NCBI RefSeq assembly: GCF_036321535.1
Contig: NC_087437.1
Location: 91,886,001 to 91,950,000 of the forward strand
Source of the DNA: Camelus dromedarius
Lineage: Eukaryota
Reading direction: 5' to 3'
DNA length: 64,000 nucleotides
Shown here: in pieces, positions 27,740 to 39,800 of the stretch
Numbering within the stretch: the first letter of the stretch is position 1
Layout: every line of letters starts with the position of its first letter
Program-made: the position numbers and the translations under genes
Notes under the pieces: generated by a model
What the model was told of the DNA's origin: nothing
Seen by the model: the letters and a program-made list of their open reading frames with translations, nothing else
The model's database searches: none

Positions 27740-28765
27740 GCTCAATGACCTCATTGCTCCCCAATGACATCTCCAGATCATATCTTCTGTTCCCTTTATA
27801 AATACCCTTCTTTGGGAAAGAGTCTTCTATCTATTTTCATCATCCTCTTCTTCCTCTTTTATGCTGTCAATTATTGAAGTCTCATTGTAGACATTACTTT
27901 TACTCCATTTCTCTTACTCCAGGCTTATTCCTGTCATTCTTGTCTGAGTTTGTTCTAGCTTCTGATTTCCTATTTTGTAGCAAAAGTTTTCATGATGGTG
28001 ATCCTTGTCTTTCAAATTACACTGACAACTGAGGTATGGCCACGAGTTTGTGACTGATGAGCTTTGTGGTGGTCTTGTCAGCAATGGTCTTTCCTCTTTT
28101 TATAAGAGGACTGTATCATGTCAGAACATTCCACTGGGGGCATTTCACTTAGGCAAACAATCCTCCCTTTGTTGGAACAGCATGTATCTGGATGCCAATA
28201 CATTAGAGGTTGAGTAGAGGAAACTGAAAGTTTGACTTTGGCATGCATCTCTTATTGGGTCTTCCAACTCCCTCACCTGACCTCAGCTCTGCCTAGCTGT
28301 CTCATTCAAAAGCCTCTCTGGATCTATGTTAATGAAGATCTACCTCAGGTTTTCTTGAGGAGGATAAGAAGCTTCAATTTTGCGGCTTCACATCCTAAAG
28401 AAGGAAATTTGGTGGTACAGTGACTTTATATTTGGATTGATGTAAATGTAACTCAAGCTCCTTGTTTCAGCCCCATGAGTCATCCCAATTTTCCCTGATG
28501 ATTGGTGATTTCAGCCTCTCAGGGCTCTATGAGGTGAGTTCTCACACTTATTTCAGCAAGTACTTTGTGTTTTAGCTCTTCTGTTGCTTCCAATCAGTTA
28601 GAGCTTCTTGGCTTTTCTTCCTTGAAATACTTTTTGTTGTAGTTTACCCACAATCCCTTTTTGTTCATATATATTTAAAGAAATTCTATTCATATGTGAT
28701 TTATTTAGTTTGGTTGAGGAGATGAGAATATTTGATTAATCTGCCATGTTGATCAAGAGTCTAGC
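27740..28765 (-). mobile_element. Possible highly decayed L1M/HAL1 5' region
   Basis: Pyrimidine-rich tract ending 'atctgccatgttgatcaagagtc', which reads as a CAAGATGGC-like L1 start on the minus strand. The internal similarity is weak. Confidence 0.3.
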
Positions 28766-31700
28766 CAATGGCTGGCCAATAGTTCAGTAAGTTTTGAATC
28801 TGAGGAAATAAAATAGTTCTACACTTTCTAGTACATTATGCTTATCACTAAGCAAGTCCAATATATGAGTCATCAAGCAGTATTTATGGAAATATTGATG
28901 TATTAATAATGTTATTATTAAGGAAAATGTCTCCACATTAATAATTCTTGGGACTTTTAATATACAATTTGGCTTTCTGTAATTTTGAGTCTTTTTGTTA
29001 TTTGCTGAAAAATTTCCCCCAAATTCTGAAGCAGATATTTATGTATTGTTTCCCTGCTTCAAAAATTAAAAAAAAAAAAAATGGTGGGAGGAAGAAAGCA
29101 CCATTACTTTGGATTAAATTAATGAATAACTATTATTTATCACTGAATACTTATCACTAAAATACTTCCTATAAATAGTGATTTAAATAAGTCTAGTTTT
29201 GAATTTATTTTTTACTAAAATCATGACTCAGCTCTTATACTTTAAGACACTCTCTATCAAATGAAGCATTATGTCACTTACTCACCAATTCTAGAGTTAA
29301 AGATGCCACTGGTAATGAAAAAAAAAAAACTTTATTATCCTGATCACCATTCTTTCATTTCATAAAACAGACATCATCTGAAACCCTAGGCTATATGTAT
29401 ATTTTATAAAGGATCATATAAAGTATATTTTCTGCAGCCAAACAATCTAAATTATTCTCTTAGGACATATTTCTCCCTAAAATGATTTCAATATAAACTG
29501 CTTATGTGAAAGATACCAGGATTATCTCACTTTAAAATTTTGTAGGACAGGAAAGTAAAAACTTCCAAATCTGACACATGGATTTTTAAGGATTATATTG
29601 CTGCATTTGTTCTCAGGCCCCCTCAACATTTAGCTTTAGGATCTATAATTTTGTATCCAAAAGCCAACTTTAGCAATGAATCAAGTTTAAAATCCAGCAG
29701 CCCTCAAAACAATTCCAAATGACAAATGCATCAGAAAGAAAAGATCAAGATACAGTTTTGTTACTGCCATGGTGAAGAAGAGAAAAGCAAGTTCTCAAGC
29801 CCAGGAGAGAGATAAAGCAACGTGTTTGCCATGGATTCTTTCAGGTTCCCTTAGGAAAGAATAATGACTGTAAGCTACCCCTTTCCGGTAAGTTTTTATG
29901 GGAAGAAGTACAAATAGAGTCTACCCAGGAAAGGCCTGTACAAAATGACAGAAATTGAACTTATGTTACACTTAGGGCACTCTCATTCCTCACCTAGGGC
30001 ACTTCAGGTGAAAAACTGACAGGTAAGAGCACATCTTTGTTAGGAAATAAAAATCGAGCATAATGACAAAAAAAGATACTTGCAGTATTTGCCTTCCTTG
30101 ACACAGAAATTCTTGAACATAAAATATGAAAATTCTAGCAAATATCTGGATTCTTCACTATTCTTGGAGATTGTAAAATGTGAGATAAAGTTATTCCATG
30201 CAGTGACTAGCTTAATGAAACAAAGAGCTTCTAAAGAAACTTTAAGAACAGTAAAGCATTTGCAAATTAATAATCTCCCAGATGTCAGTTTAGGTAATGG
30301 TCTAAGGTTTTAATGATATTAGAGAATGTAATACAAAGATTGTCAAGCATTGATAATAATTTTAAAAACTTAGGGTAGACCTTCCCTTAGGTTAGGTTAG
30401 GATTACGAAAGATAATCACAGAGAATATATTTTCCAGTAAATATATTTCATATATTAGACATATAAGCAGTGTGTAAGAGCAGGTATCACAGATAGCTGT
30501 GTGGGCAGGGAGTGAGAAGAGGGCAGGTATACACCGTTGAGTCCAAATCCTGTGTCTTAGATGAAAAGTATCCCAAGATAATAGAATGAATCCCTTGAGT
30601 AGATCAGTTTTCTGTCTGTCCTTGTTTTAAGCCCCATGAGTCATCCCAAATCTTCCTGTTCACGTAGTAGAAAAGAGGGGACTTTACTGTCAACATTTAT
30701 AAGACCCAAAACTTCTGAATCTTGACAGTTAGTTTAAAAACAAAAAAGTTAAATTCTTACATCACATTCATAACATTTTTGTTTCTAAGGCAAAATAGCT
30801 CCCTCAGTTAGGAATGGTTTTGTAAGCAAGGAGAGATTAGGCAATTTAGAAAATTCTTAGTTAGGCATATTAGCGAAGGTATCCTACTCATTTAGTATTT
30901 TTATAGTGTTACAGAAGGAAATACTCAAGAACTAGACATTCAGATTTTACCTTAACAATAACCTGATGATACAGGCAATGTTACTATGATTAAATTAAAT
31001 GAAAATTTAACCATTTATAATAAAACCTGAATATTATATAAAGCTGTCCCAAAAGATAATTGAGCATTTTTTTCAGGAGGTAATCAGGCAATAATTTAAT
31101 GATTAAATTAATGAAGAAACGATGAAAGGGCAATGGCAGGAATCTTATTTAATTCCACATGCTTATGAGTAAAAGAAAATAAACAAATTTCTTTATGCCC
31201 TTGCATGAGACGACTGCCATATGTTGAAAAGGTAAATTACTTGCTTGGATATTATTGAGCCCATCCTCAGGTAGCATTCAATTAATACATAATAAAGCCA
31301 AGTCTATGTATGTGTACACAATTTTACAGATTATATTTACAGTCAGATAACATCTGAATAACAAATTACCCTAAATTATTTACTGGGTAATATATAGCTC
31401 CATGAGTCAAAAAGGTAATGGTTTCACACCCAAGAGAATTTGTTTATAAATAGATTATCTTTACTCAATTTCTATTGGTTCCTATACCTTTTCCCCCCCA
31501 TATCTTCTTTATATTAATTCAGGCCTCTGGGGACCCAGCCCCAGGCAAGAAATAGCCAACTTTTTCTATCCTTCGTTAAGCTCCCTATTTCTCAGCACAG
31601 TTTTCCAAATTTGGCTCAGTATCAGTCAGGTCTCTTCCACTTACTGATGAATTCTGCCTGTTTCCTCCATCTCTGAGGGGAAAAGACATTTCTGTCATCG

Positions 31701-32689
31701 TTGGGGAAAACAGTTCACAATGCAGGAGACAAAACCACTGGGAAAAGGCCAGAGTGACTTTCAACAGGCCAGTGGAATTTTACTTCGCTCATACTTTACA
31801 ATATAGAAAAAAATAAAGCTCCAATTTGAATTTGAAAATAAATATAGGCCCTATGAGAACATTTAGAATAACAGAGTGGTAAAATACTTGTGATGATTTT
31901 AAGCATTTTAACTTCCAGCTCTTAGAAGGCATGAATATACCCTTATTTCATCCATTGTATTGATTTGCTCTATGGCAGGGGATATAAGGGTTAATAAAAG
32001 AAATAGCCTCATTGACTACGGTGCAGGACCTTCCGTGGTTGGACTTGCCATCAGTGATGATAATTTTCTACACTAGTACCTTTGTACACTAGTAATTATA
32101 CTACATTAGCAATTATTCTAACTCTAGTACTCAGTATGTTTAGAGGAAACACACTACAGAATTTGCAGACTCAAATTCTGCATCATAAAATGTAACTCAC
32201 TAAATTCTACCATAGGTTTATTCTGATTATTTATGGTCTGAATAAAGGTTTGAGACTAATTGTATACACTGGGGCAGCAGCATGGATTTAATAACATGTG
32301 TGCCATGTGACTCTAGTTACTGCCATGAATTTGGTGTGACCAGTGCTCCTATAAATGTTGGTCATGAATGGAGGAAAGGTTGAATCCATTTAAATCATTC
32401 CTAAAGTCTGAAATGTCAATGGATAAAGAAAATTATTTTACATATAAATGCATATCAAGTGCTTATTATTTTTAAATATCACTTTACTGAACTAAGGCAA
32501 ATGCTTCTAATACCCCTTTTGAATTAAATAATACATTTGCATGGAGGATTATGTACATAATTGTTTATATTTTTATAGAATTTATTGCCAGTGGCAACCA
32601 TGCAAAATACCTAAAAACATTTTTTATATCATAGTTTGAGTTATCTTTATGATTTAAGTCAAAAAACTGCAGAAGAGATTTGTTAAAAA

Positions 32690-32875
32690 TCCAACAAGTG
32701 CCTGATTACTTAACATGCATTATTTTATATAATCTTCATAACACAGTATTGAGGTGGGTAATATTATTTTTTATTTTGACTATCAGTAAATAGAGGCTCA
32801 CAGATATTAAGCAATATGATTATTTGTACAGAGCTTACATGGGACCCTCAGAATTCAAACCAATAACAGTCTGTT
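32690..32875 (-). mobile_element. MIR SINE
   Basis: 'taatcttcataacac...gaggtgggtaatattatt...tagaggctcacagatattaagcaat...gaattcaaaccc'. Confidence 0.7.
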
Positions 32876-33619
32876 AGAACTACTGTCAAACTGAACTGTT
32901 TACACTCATTTACACACACTGTCATTACTCAATCAACGTCATCAAACCTTTCCTCCTTCTCAAGGAGATAGAAATGTTCTTGCAGCAGCTAGAGAATATT
33001 TGTCTTAAAATAGAAAGTCAATTTATTAATCATAAACTATTCCACTGACCTAGATATTGTCACGTTGATACTTAAGACAGCAACTTCAGGTTATTTAGGT
33101 ATTGTTGAGAGCAGCCCTTAAATCCAAATGCATTCTTACTGGCTGCCATTCTCAGGACAGATCAGGGAAATCTGTACTTAGCAGGCCCCTACTGTTACTT
33201 CCTCTTTTGCCATTCCTCTTGGGCTGAGTCTTTCTGTGGCCTTTGAGGATCACCTCTAAGTGTTTTCCCCATTCAGCACCCTTTAACCCAGCATCTGCGC
33301 CTAAGATGTAGATGGTTTACTGATCCGAAGCATTTTTCTTTTTTTTTTTAAGTCTTTCATAGAGTGGTTTCTCTGTTTTTCAATTGCTTCTTGAGTATAT
33401 TTCATATCACAGATATAATACCACCTTTTAACCGAACTCTGATAAGGCCATTTTGAAAATCCCTCAACTTAATAATGAGCTCTAATTTCAGCCTGACCAC
33501 GTCAGCCTCAGATAGCTGCAAAGAGGCTCACTGAGAAACTATGTTATTTCTTCCACTAGTGAATTAAATTGTTTCAGACGGTCATTTTATTTCCCTTTGT
33601 TTGGTAATGCCTGTGCTAT

Positions 33620-34030
33620 TGTAGTATTGATGGGGAAGATGGCAATTCAAAGGGGCAGCAAAAGGTAGTTCAGCAAAAGGGCTATTTACCAAAGGATAGA
33701 GGCAAAGATAAAGGAATGGGGAGGCATGCAAAGAATGAGCAAGAGTGGAAAGCCATTACAAACCCTAGGCTGAAGGGAAAATGGGAAATAATGGTGTCAT
33801 CAGATCCTTAAAAAACTGGAACCACAGAAGTGGAGTGCTCCAAAAGGGGCTTTGGCTGTAAAGGCTGGAAGCCAGGCTGAGAAATGTCCAGGCTGTCTGC
33901 CATTCTGAAAGCCTCTGCTTTCCATTAGCTGAAGGAAACGATGTTGTCTACAAATGTCAGTCTCCTATGGTACAGATCAGGATGGCAAAATGAGAATACA
34001 GATAGGAAGACAGGAAAAGAGGGTGGTAAA
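33620..34030 (-). mobile_element. ERVL-type LTR fragment (LTR33/LTR41-like)
   Basis: 'aagggctatttaccaaagg...gtggaaagccattacaaaccctaggctgaaggg' and 'ttccattagctgaa' resemble old ERVL LTRs. Confidence 0.45.
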
Positions 34031-34044
34031 TGTAAAATAGCCAA

Positions 34045-35180
34045 CATAATGTTCAACTCTGTATCTCCAACTCAGATCTCTCCTCTGAATTTCATATCTC
34101 TATATTTAATTATTTACTTGATGGTCCCCCTCAGATACCAGATAAGCATCTGTGGTGTGTGGAATTCTAAGATGGTCCCCAAATTTCCCGCTTTCTGGTA
34201 TACAGGACCTGAACAATCCTCATGCCTTGACTGTGAAGGGTCCTAGGAATGTGATGTGACAATGCTCCACTGATGATGTTATATTATCAAGATAATGGAG
34301 TAGTCACTCCATGATTATGTTACTTCACGTAAGATTGCTTGGTAGCTGACATAGAGGATTCTCCTACTGGTCTTGAACAAGCTACTGTGCTGTCATGGAG
34401 AGGACCACCTGGCATGAGATGGTATGTAGATTCTAGAAACTGAGAATGGCCTCAGGTTTATAGCCAGCAAGAAAGCAGAGCATGAGGCCTGCAGTTTCAA
34501 GGACTAGAATTCTGCCAACAACCTGAATAAACATTTAAGAGAATGCTGTGCTCCAGATGAGAACTCCAGAGTGATGGACACCTTGATTTCAGCCTTGTGA
34601 GACCCTGAGCAGGACATTCTGTTAAGTCAAGCCCAGACTTAACAGACCTACAGAAACTGTGGGATAATGAATGCTTGGTCTCCTTAGCTGCCAAGTTCGC
34701 AGCAATTTGTTACACTGTGCTAAAAAGCCAATAATGTGTAAAAGGTTGAATTTCAACTCCTGACTCTTCACCTTTAAATGCCAAATCTGCTCCTACCCTA
34801 TTTGTCCTCAGGAAATGGTGACTCCATATTTCACCACACTAAGGTCCCAAAATCTTTATCCATTTTTGATATTACTCAATATTTCATATTTTACAAAGTT
34901 CATCAGTAAGCTCTGTTGGCTCTATCTTCTAAATGTGTCCATAATTCCAACTTAACCTCCCTCTTTGATCACTACTTGGGTTACTGTTGCCTTCTTTGGA
35001 GTATTTTAACAACTTCCAAACTGGTTTGGCTGCTTTCATATCTGCCCATCAAAATCTATTCTCTACAAAGTAGTCAGAATAATACTTATAAAACATAAAT
35101 TGAAAACCTCTCTGTTCAAAACCTTACAGTGGCTTCCAGTATCACTCAGAAAAAACAAAGTTTCTTAAATGGTCCATAGA
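34045..35180 (+). mobile_element. L2 fragment split by an MLT1 LTR
   Basis: L2 motifs lie on both sides of 34151-34735: 'tatctccaactcagatctctcctctgaa' before, and 'ctgttcaaaaccttacagtggcttcc' after. Confidence 0.7.
34151..34735 (+). mobile_element. MaLR solo LTR, MLT1E/F-like
   Basis: Starts TGTGG...ttctaagatggtcccc, contains 'aattctgccaacaacctgaat' and 'cagccttgtgagaccctgagcag', and ends 'aatttgttacac...aata'. Confidence 0.88.
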
Positions 35181-35396
35181 CATCAGACCAGTTCAAAGTG
35201 GTGTCTGTGGTCCACAAACTATTGTTTCCTGTTCATGCCATTTTAATGAACAGAATATGATTTTTATAACTTCTTTTCTTTTTTCCCTAAGTTCGTTATG
35301 CTTATATGTATTGAAATATATTTTTATGTTGACTCAAAAATTTGGGTTGGTTTTATAGCTCTACATTTGCTTTAAATTTGTGTTTAATGGAGGAAA

Positions 35397-35740
35397 TACA
35401 TTCATTTGTTCAACAAAGTTCAGACACTGTGCTAGTACAGCAGAACAACCATGAATCAAAACAGACAAATACTTTGTTTTTATGGAGCTTATGTCCAAGT
35501 AGGGCAGACACCATAAACAGGAAATATGCCTATGTCAAGTAGGGATAATTGCTATGAGGAAGAACAAAGGAGGTTAAAAGAACAAAGTGATGGTGATGGA
35601 GAATTTTCTTCCAAATAAAAAGGAAAAAATCTGTTTTAGAAAGTACACTGTAAGCAGAGGTCAGAAAGGAGTGAGATGCTGCACAGGTGTTTGGACAAAC
35701 AGCTTTCCAGCAGCAGAAAATCAGAAAGTTTGCAGAAGGA
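35397..35740 (-). mobile_element. L2a-like 3' end
   Basis: 'cattcatttgttcaacaaa...cactgtgctag...aacagacaaat...atggagcttat'. Confidence 0.75.
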
Positions 35741-36801
35741 TAATAAGATAATTTTCCATCTTCATGTTTTAATTTCTGGAAAAAAAGTATTTCTCCAGAA
35801 TAAATGAAACTAGGAATATTTGTGATAATATATAGTGAGTATACCAAAATAATTTTTACAGAGGTACATCCCTGATGATAGGTTGCAACAGAAATGAACT
35901 TTCTGGGCAAAGATCATCCTTCACTGAATATCCACTAAGGCTTGCTGGAGGAAAGTCAGAGAACTTGGGTTGAGACCTTGGGTATGTTCTCAAAGAGTTT
36001 TCCAAACAGGACATACATGAACACTAAAGCTGCATTAGTCTCTAACTATTTCTCAGACCCTTTATTGCCCCCCTTTCCCAAGTGCACTGGAATACACGTC
36101 CAAGTCTGTTAATGCAGGATGAAGTTCTTACACATTTTCCTTTAAAAGTGCTAGGATATTTTCTTGATTTATTTTCCTTATGCCCACTTCAAGAATCTGA
36201 TTATTAGTGGTACAACTTCTTTATTTTATATAGCAAGACAAGTTTGTTAAATCAGACTCATTCTCCCGAGTCAGGTCATGCTCCTCAGGACAATGCTACC
36301 CCTGATTTAATATATTTTTTAAATTTGAATACATTCAATTCCTATAGCTCTCCATTTGCTTTTTCCTCTTCTAAAGAAAAAAAATGAAAATTTCCAGCTT
36401 GTTGACAGGCATATCATTCTCTTGTTTCCTGTCTCCTTACTTTTAAATAAACATCTTAGAGTTACATTCAGTTTAATAGAATTAATTATCTTTATCCTCA
36501 GATTATGTTTCAATCCATTCAACAAATTGTCTGGAAATCAACACATGTATTAACATGTAATTAGCACATATTCAAGGCACTTTGGTGGGCACATACTCTA
36601 AAGCATGAATTATACAGCAATACTGAGCATCATCATCCTGCCTGTTGCTGAACATTGGAAGTCAATTAAATGTTTCTGCTGGCCTATTTCTAGGGTTCAA
36701 ATAAAAATGTACAGATCATTATTACAAGGAATTACATGTAGATTTAATGTTGATCATGGGATCCTGGACTTCAAGACTAGAATTATGAGAAAGTCATATT
36801 T

Positions 36802-39800
36802 GGGGGCAAATTCAAGATGGCAGGATACAGAGATCTTGAGCTCACCTCCTGCAGACACACTGAGTCTACTGCTACATATGAAACGATTTCCTTTGGAAAA
36901 AAAAAACACACAATCAACTAGCTGAGTGAATCCTATACATCAAGAGAACATGGGGCGGGGGAACTATACTGAAATGATTAGAAAAGACTGAGACATAATA
37001 TCATCATAAACCCCGCCCTCAACTTGGTGACCCACAATTAGGAAGGTACTCAAAATGTGAAGCTCCTCCCTGAATAGAAAAGGGTTTGAACCCCATACTA
37101 GGTGACCAGCTTTTAAGATCTGCCCTGAGAGATAAGTACCCAAAACATCTACCTTAGAAAATCAGTGGGGCTCACGAGACCCACACAGCTATAGTGAACT
37201 GAGTTGTAATTCTTAATCCACCCCAGGTCCCAGTGCAGAAACAACCATCTGAAAAGCATCGACTCCATAAAAAAGGTGCACTTGCTTACCTTAAAGCATC
37301 AGCCCAAGGGATAGGCATCTAATTTAACACAAATCTAGAGGACTGCTGTGGTACTATCCAGCATTAGAGGCTGGCAGGAGCCATTTTTGCATTCTCTGTC
37401 TACCTCACTCCAGCAGTGGGTACCACTTTTTTTTTTTTTTTAAGTCATAGGCTCTTTCTTCCTTGGGGTGCACCATCTTTACACACTATCTCTGTCATGC
37501 TCCAGAACCCCAGTATCTCCCGAGGGGTGCCTTAACAAGTGTCTGATGCCTTGTTTTTATGGCTGCCATGTATGGGAGACCCATTGACCACCTGGCTTTG
37601 GGAGCTAGCCTGGCCTGCAATCCAGGGTCCCAGTGGACTGTAACAATTGGAGAGACAATTGTTGGCTAGCTACCAAAACCAGGGCACTGCACAGACAGCA
37701 CACTGAAACACAGCTCCAGTGTCTCTATGAAAAGGGCCTATTGACTTGTCTTGGACCTCCAGTCTGAGACAAAGTTTTGGATTTCACACATACCAAGGAG
37801 TCTACGGAAGGGCTCTCAAGGAACAGGAGCCAGTGGACATCATCTCTGTGCTTTTCATCTGCCTCACTCCAGCTTGCTGTTATCTACCAGAATGAAGTTT
37901 ATACCTTTGTCATGTATCTTGATTATTGTGGCTGCTGCCATGGGACACCTCTAGATTGTCTGGATATGCTGGCCACTGGAGCATACGCTCCTGTGGGTCC
38001 CATAGGACTTTAGCCAAAAACAAAAAGTAAGAAGCAACAGCCTGAGGAGCCCAGTCTTTCTGTGTAAGAGGCCTATTAGCTTATTTATATAGCTTTAGCC
38101 TTAGGGGTAACCTTTTAATAAAACACATATCAAAGGGCTGACTGTCATCTGTTTCAGACACCACAGAGAGCAGGTCCTATCTTTTCAGTCTCCCTCTGCC
38201 ATACTCAGAAGTGCCAATAACTCCCAGAATAAAGTTTTTACATGTATCTTAAGTCCTGGTTTTTATGTCTGGTGCTCTTGTTTTTTATGGATGCCTCCCA
38301 GGGGAGACCCCTTGATCACCTGGTTCTGGTGGTCAGCTGGGCTTGTGATCAGGAGCCCCATGGGACTATAACAAATGGAGATATAACTCTTAGCTGGCTA
38401 CCAACCCAATATCTAGCACAGGCAGCAGGCTGTAACACACCTCCAGCCTTTCTATAAAAGAGGTTTATTTGCCTTTCCTGGAATTTCCACCTGAGGGGGA
38501 ATGCTTTTGGTTTGCACACATCTAGAAAGGGGCCTACTAAGATACTCTGTGGGGACAAAGGCAGGTAGACACCATTTTTGCGGTCTCCATCTGCTTCACT
38601 CCAGGTCACCAGTATCTCCTAGGAAGTAGTGTACACACTTTGTCTGGTACCCTGATTTTTGTAAATTCCATGCAGGGGACACTTTTAGGTCCTCTGCCTC
38701 TACTGGCCAGTGAGGCTTGTGCTTGCAGTCACACAAGACTGTATATGTTTGTATTCTTTAAAAGGTGCTGCCTAGGGATATGGCTTCCAATCAGGCTGAA
38801 TCTAGGTTGAGATCCTTCTCTTTGGGACGCTGACGGGTTATAGCAGATCCTCAACTATGGGGAGGTACTAAAAATAAAATCTATTACTTAGACAATCACA
38901 AATGTTTTAGAGACAACCAAGAGCTAGGGCAGGGTTGAACAACAGGTTTCATCTCATACACATGGCCACTTCCTTATGGCTAGGAGAGGTGACTCTTATC
39001 TTATGCAAATGAATCAACACAGAGAGTCAAGGAAAATGAGGAAACATAAGAATACATTTCAAACCAAAGAACAAGATAATACCTCAGAAATAGTTCTTAA
39101 TGAAATGGAGATAAGTAATTTAACTGATAAATTAAAGCAAACAGTCACAAAGGGCTCATCCAGTTTGGGAGAATAATGGATGAACACGGTGAGAACATCA
39201 ATAAAGAGAGAGAAAATATTAAAAAGTAACAAATAGAAATCACAGAGCTGAAGAATTCAGTATCTGAACTGAAAAGCACACTAGAGGGGTTCAACAATGA
39301 ACTAGATAAAGCAGAAAAAAGAATCAGTGAACTTGAAGACAAGGCAGTAGATTTCACCCATTCAGAGCAGCAAAAAGAAAGAAAAAGAATAAAGAGATTA
39401 ATATAGCTTAAGAGAATTATGGGATATCATCAAGTGGACCAGCATTAGCATTACTGGAGTCTCAGAAGAAGAGGGGAAAGAAAAAGGGACAGACAATTAT
39501 TTGAATAAATAATGGCTGAAAAATTCCCTAACTTGGGAAAGGAAACAGATATCCAGATCCAAGAAATCCAGAGTGCTTCAAAAAAGAGAAATCCAAAGAG
39601 ACCCACATCAAGACATATTATAATTAAAATGTAGAAAACTTAAAGAGAGAATCTTAGAAGCAGCAAGAGAAAAGCAACTTGTTATGTACAAGGAAACACT
39701 CAAGACTATCAGCAGGTTTTTCAGCAGAAACACAGCAGACCAGAAGGAAGTGGCATGCTACAGTCAAAATGCTAGAAGAAAAAGACTTCCAACCAAGAAT

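Noticed and set aside
29969..30003. 13-bp direct repeat cac(t/c)tagggcact as a TSD
   Set aside because: Only 9 bp separate the copies and no element lies between them, so this is a local micro-duplication.
30387..30401. (TTAGG)3 here and TTAGGGTTAGG near 27723 as interstitial telomere
   Set aside because: Too short and not a (TTAGGG)n array.
37250..38750. Repeat array as CRISPR-like or satellite
   Set aside because: The units are ~365 bp, diverged, lack unique spacers and are embedded in an L1 5' UTR.
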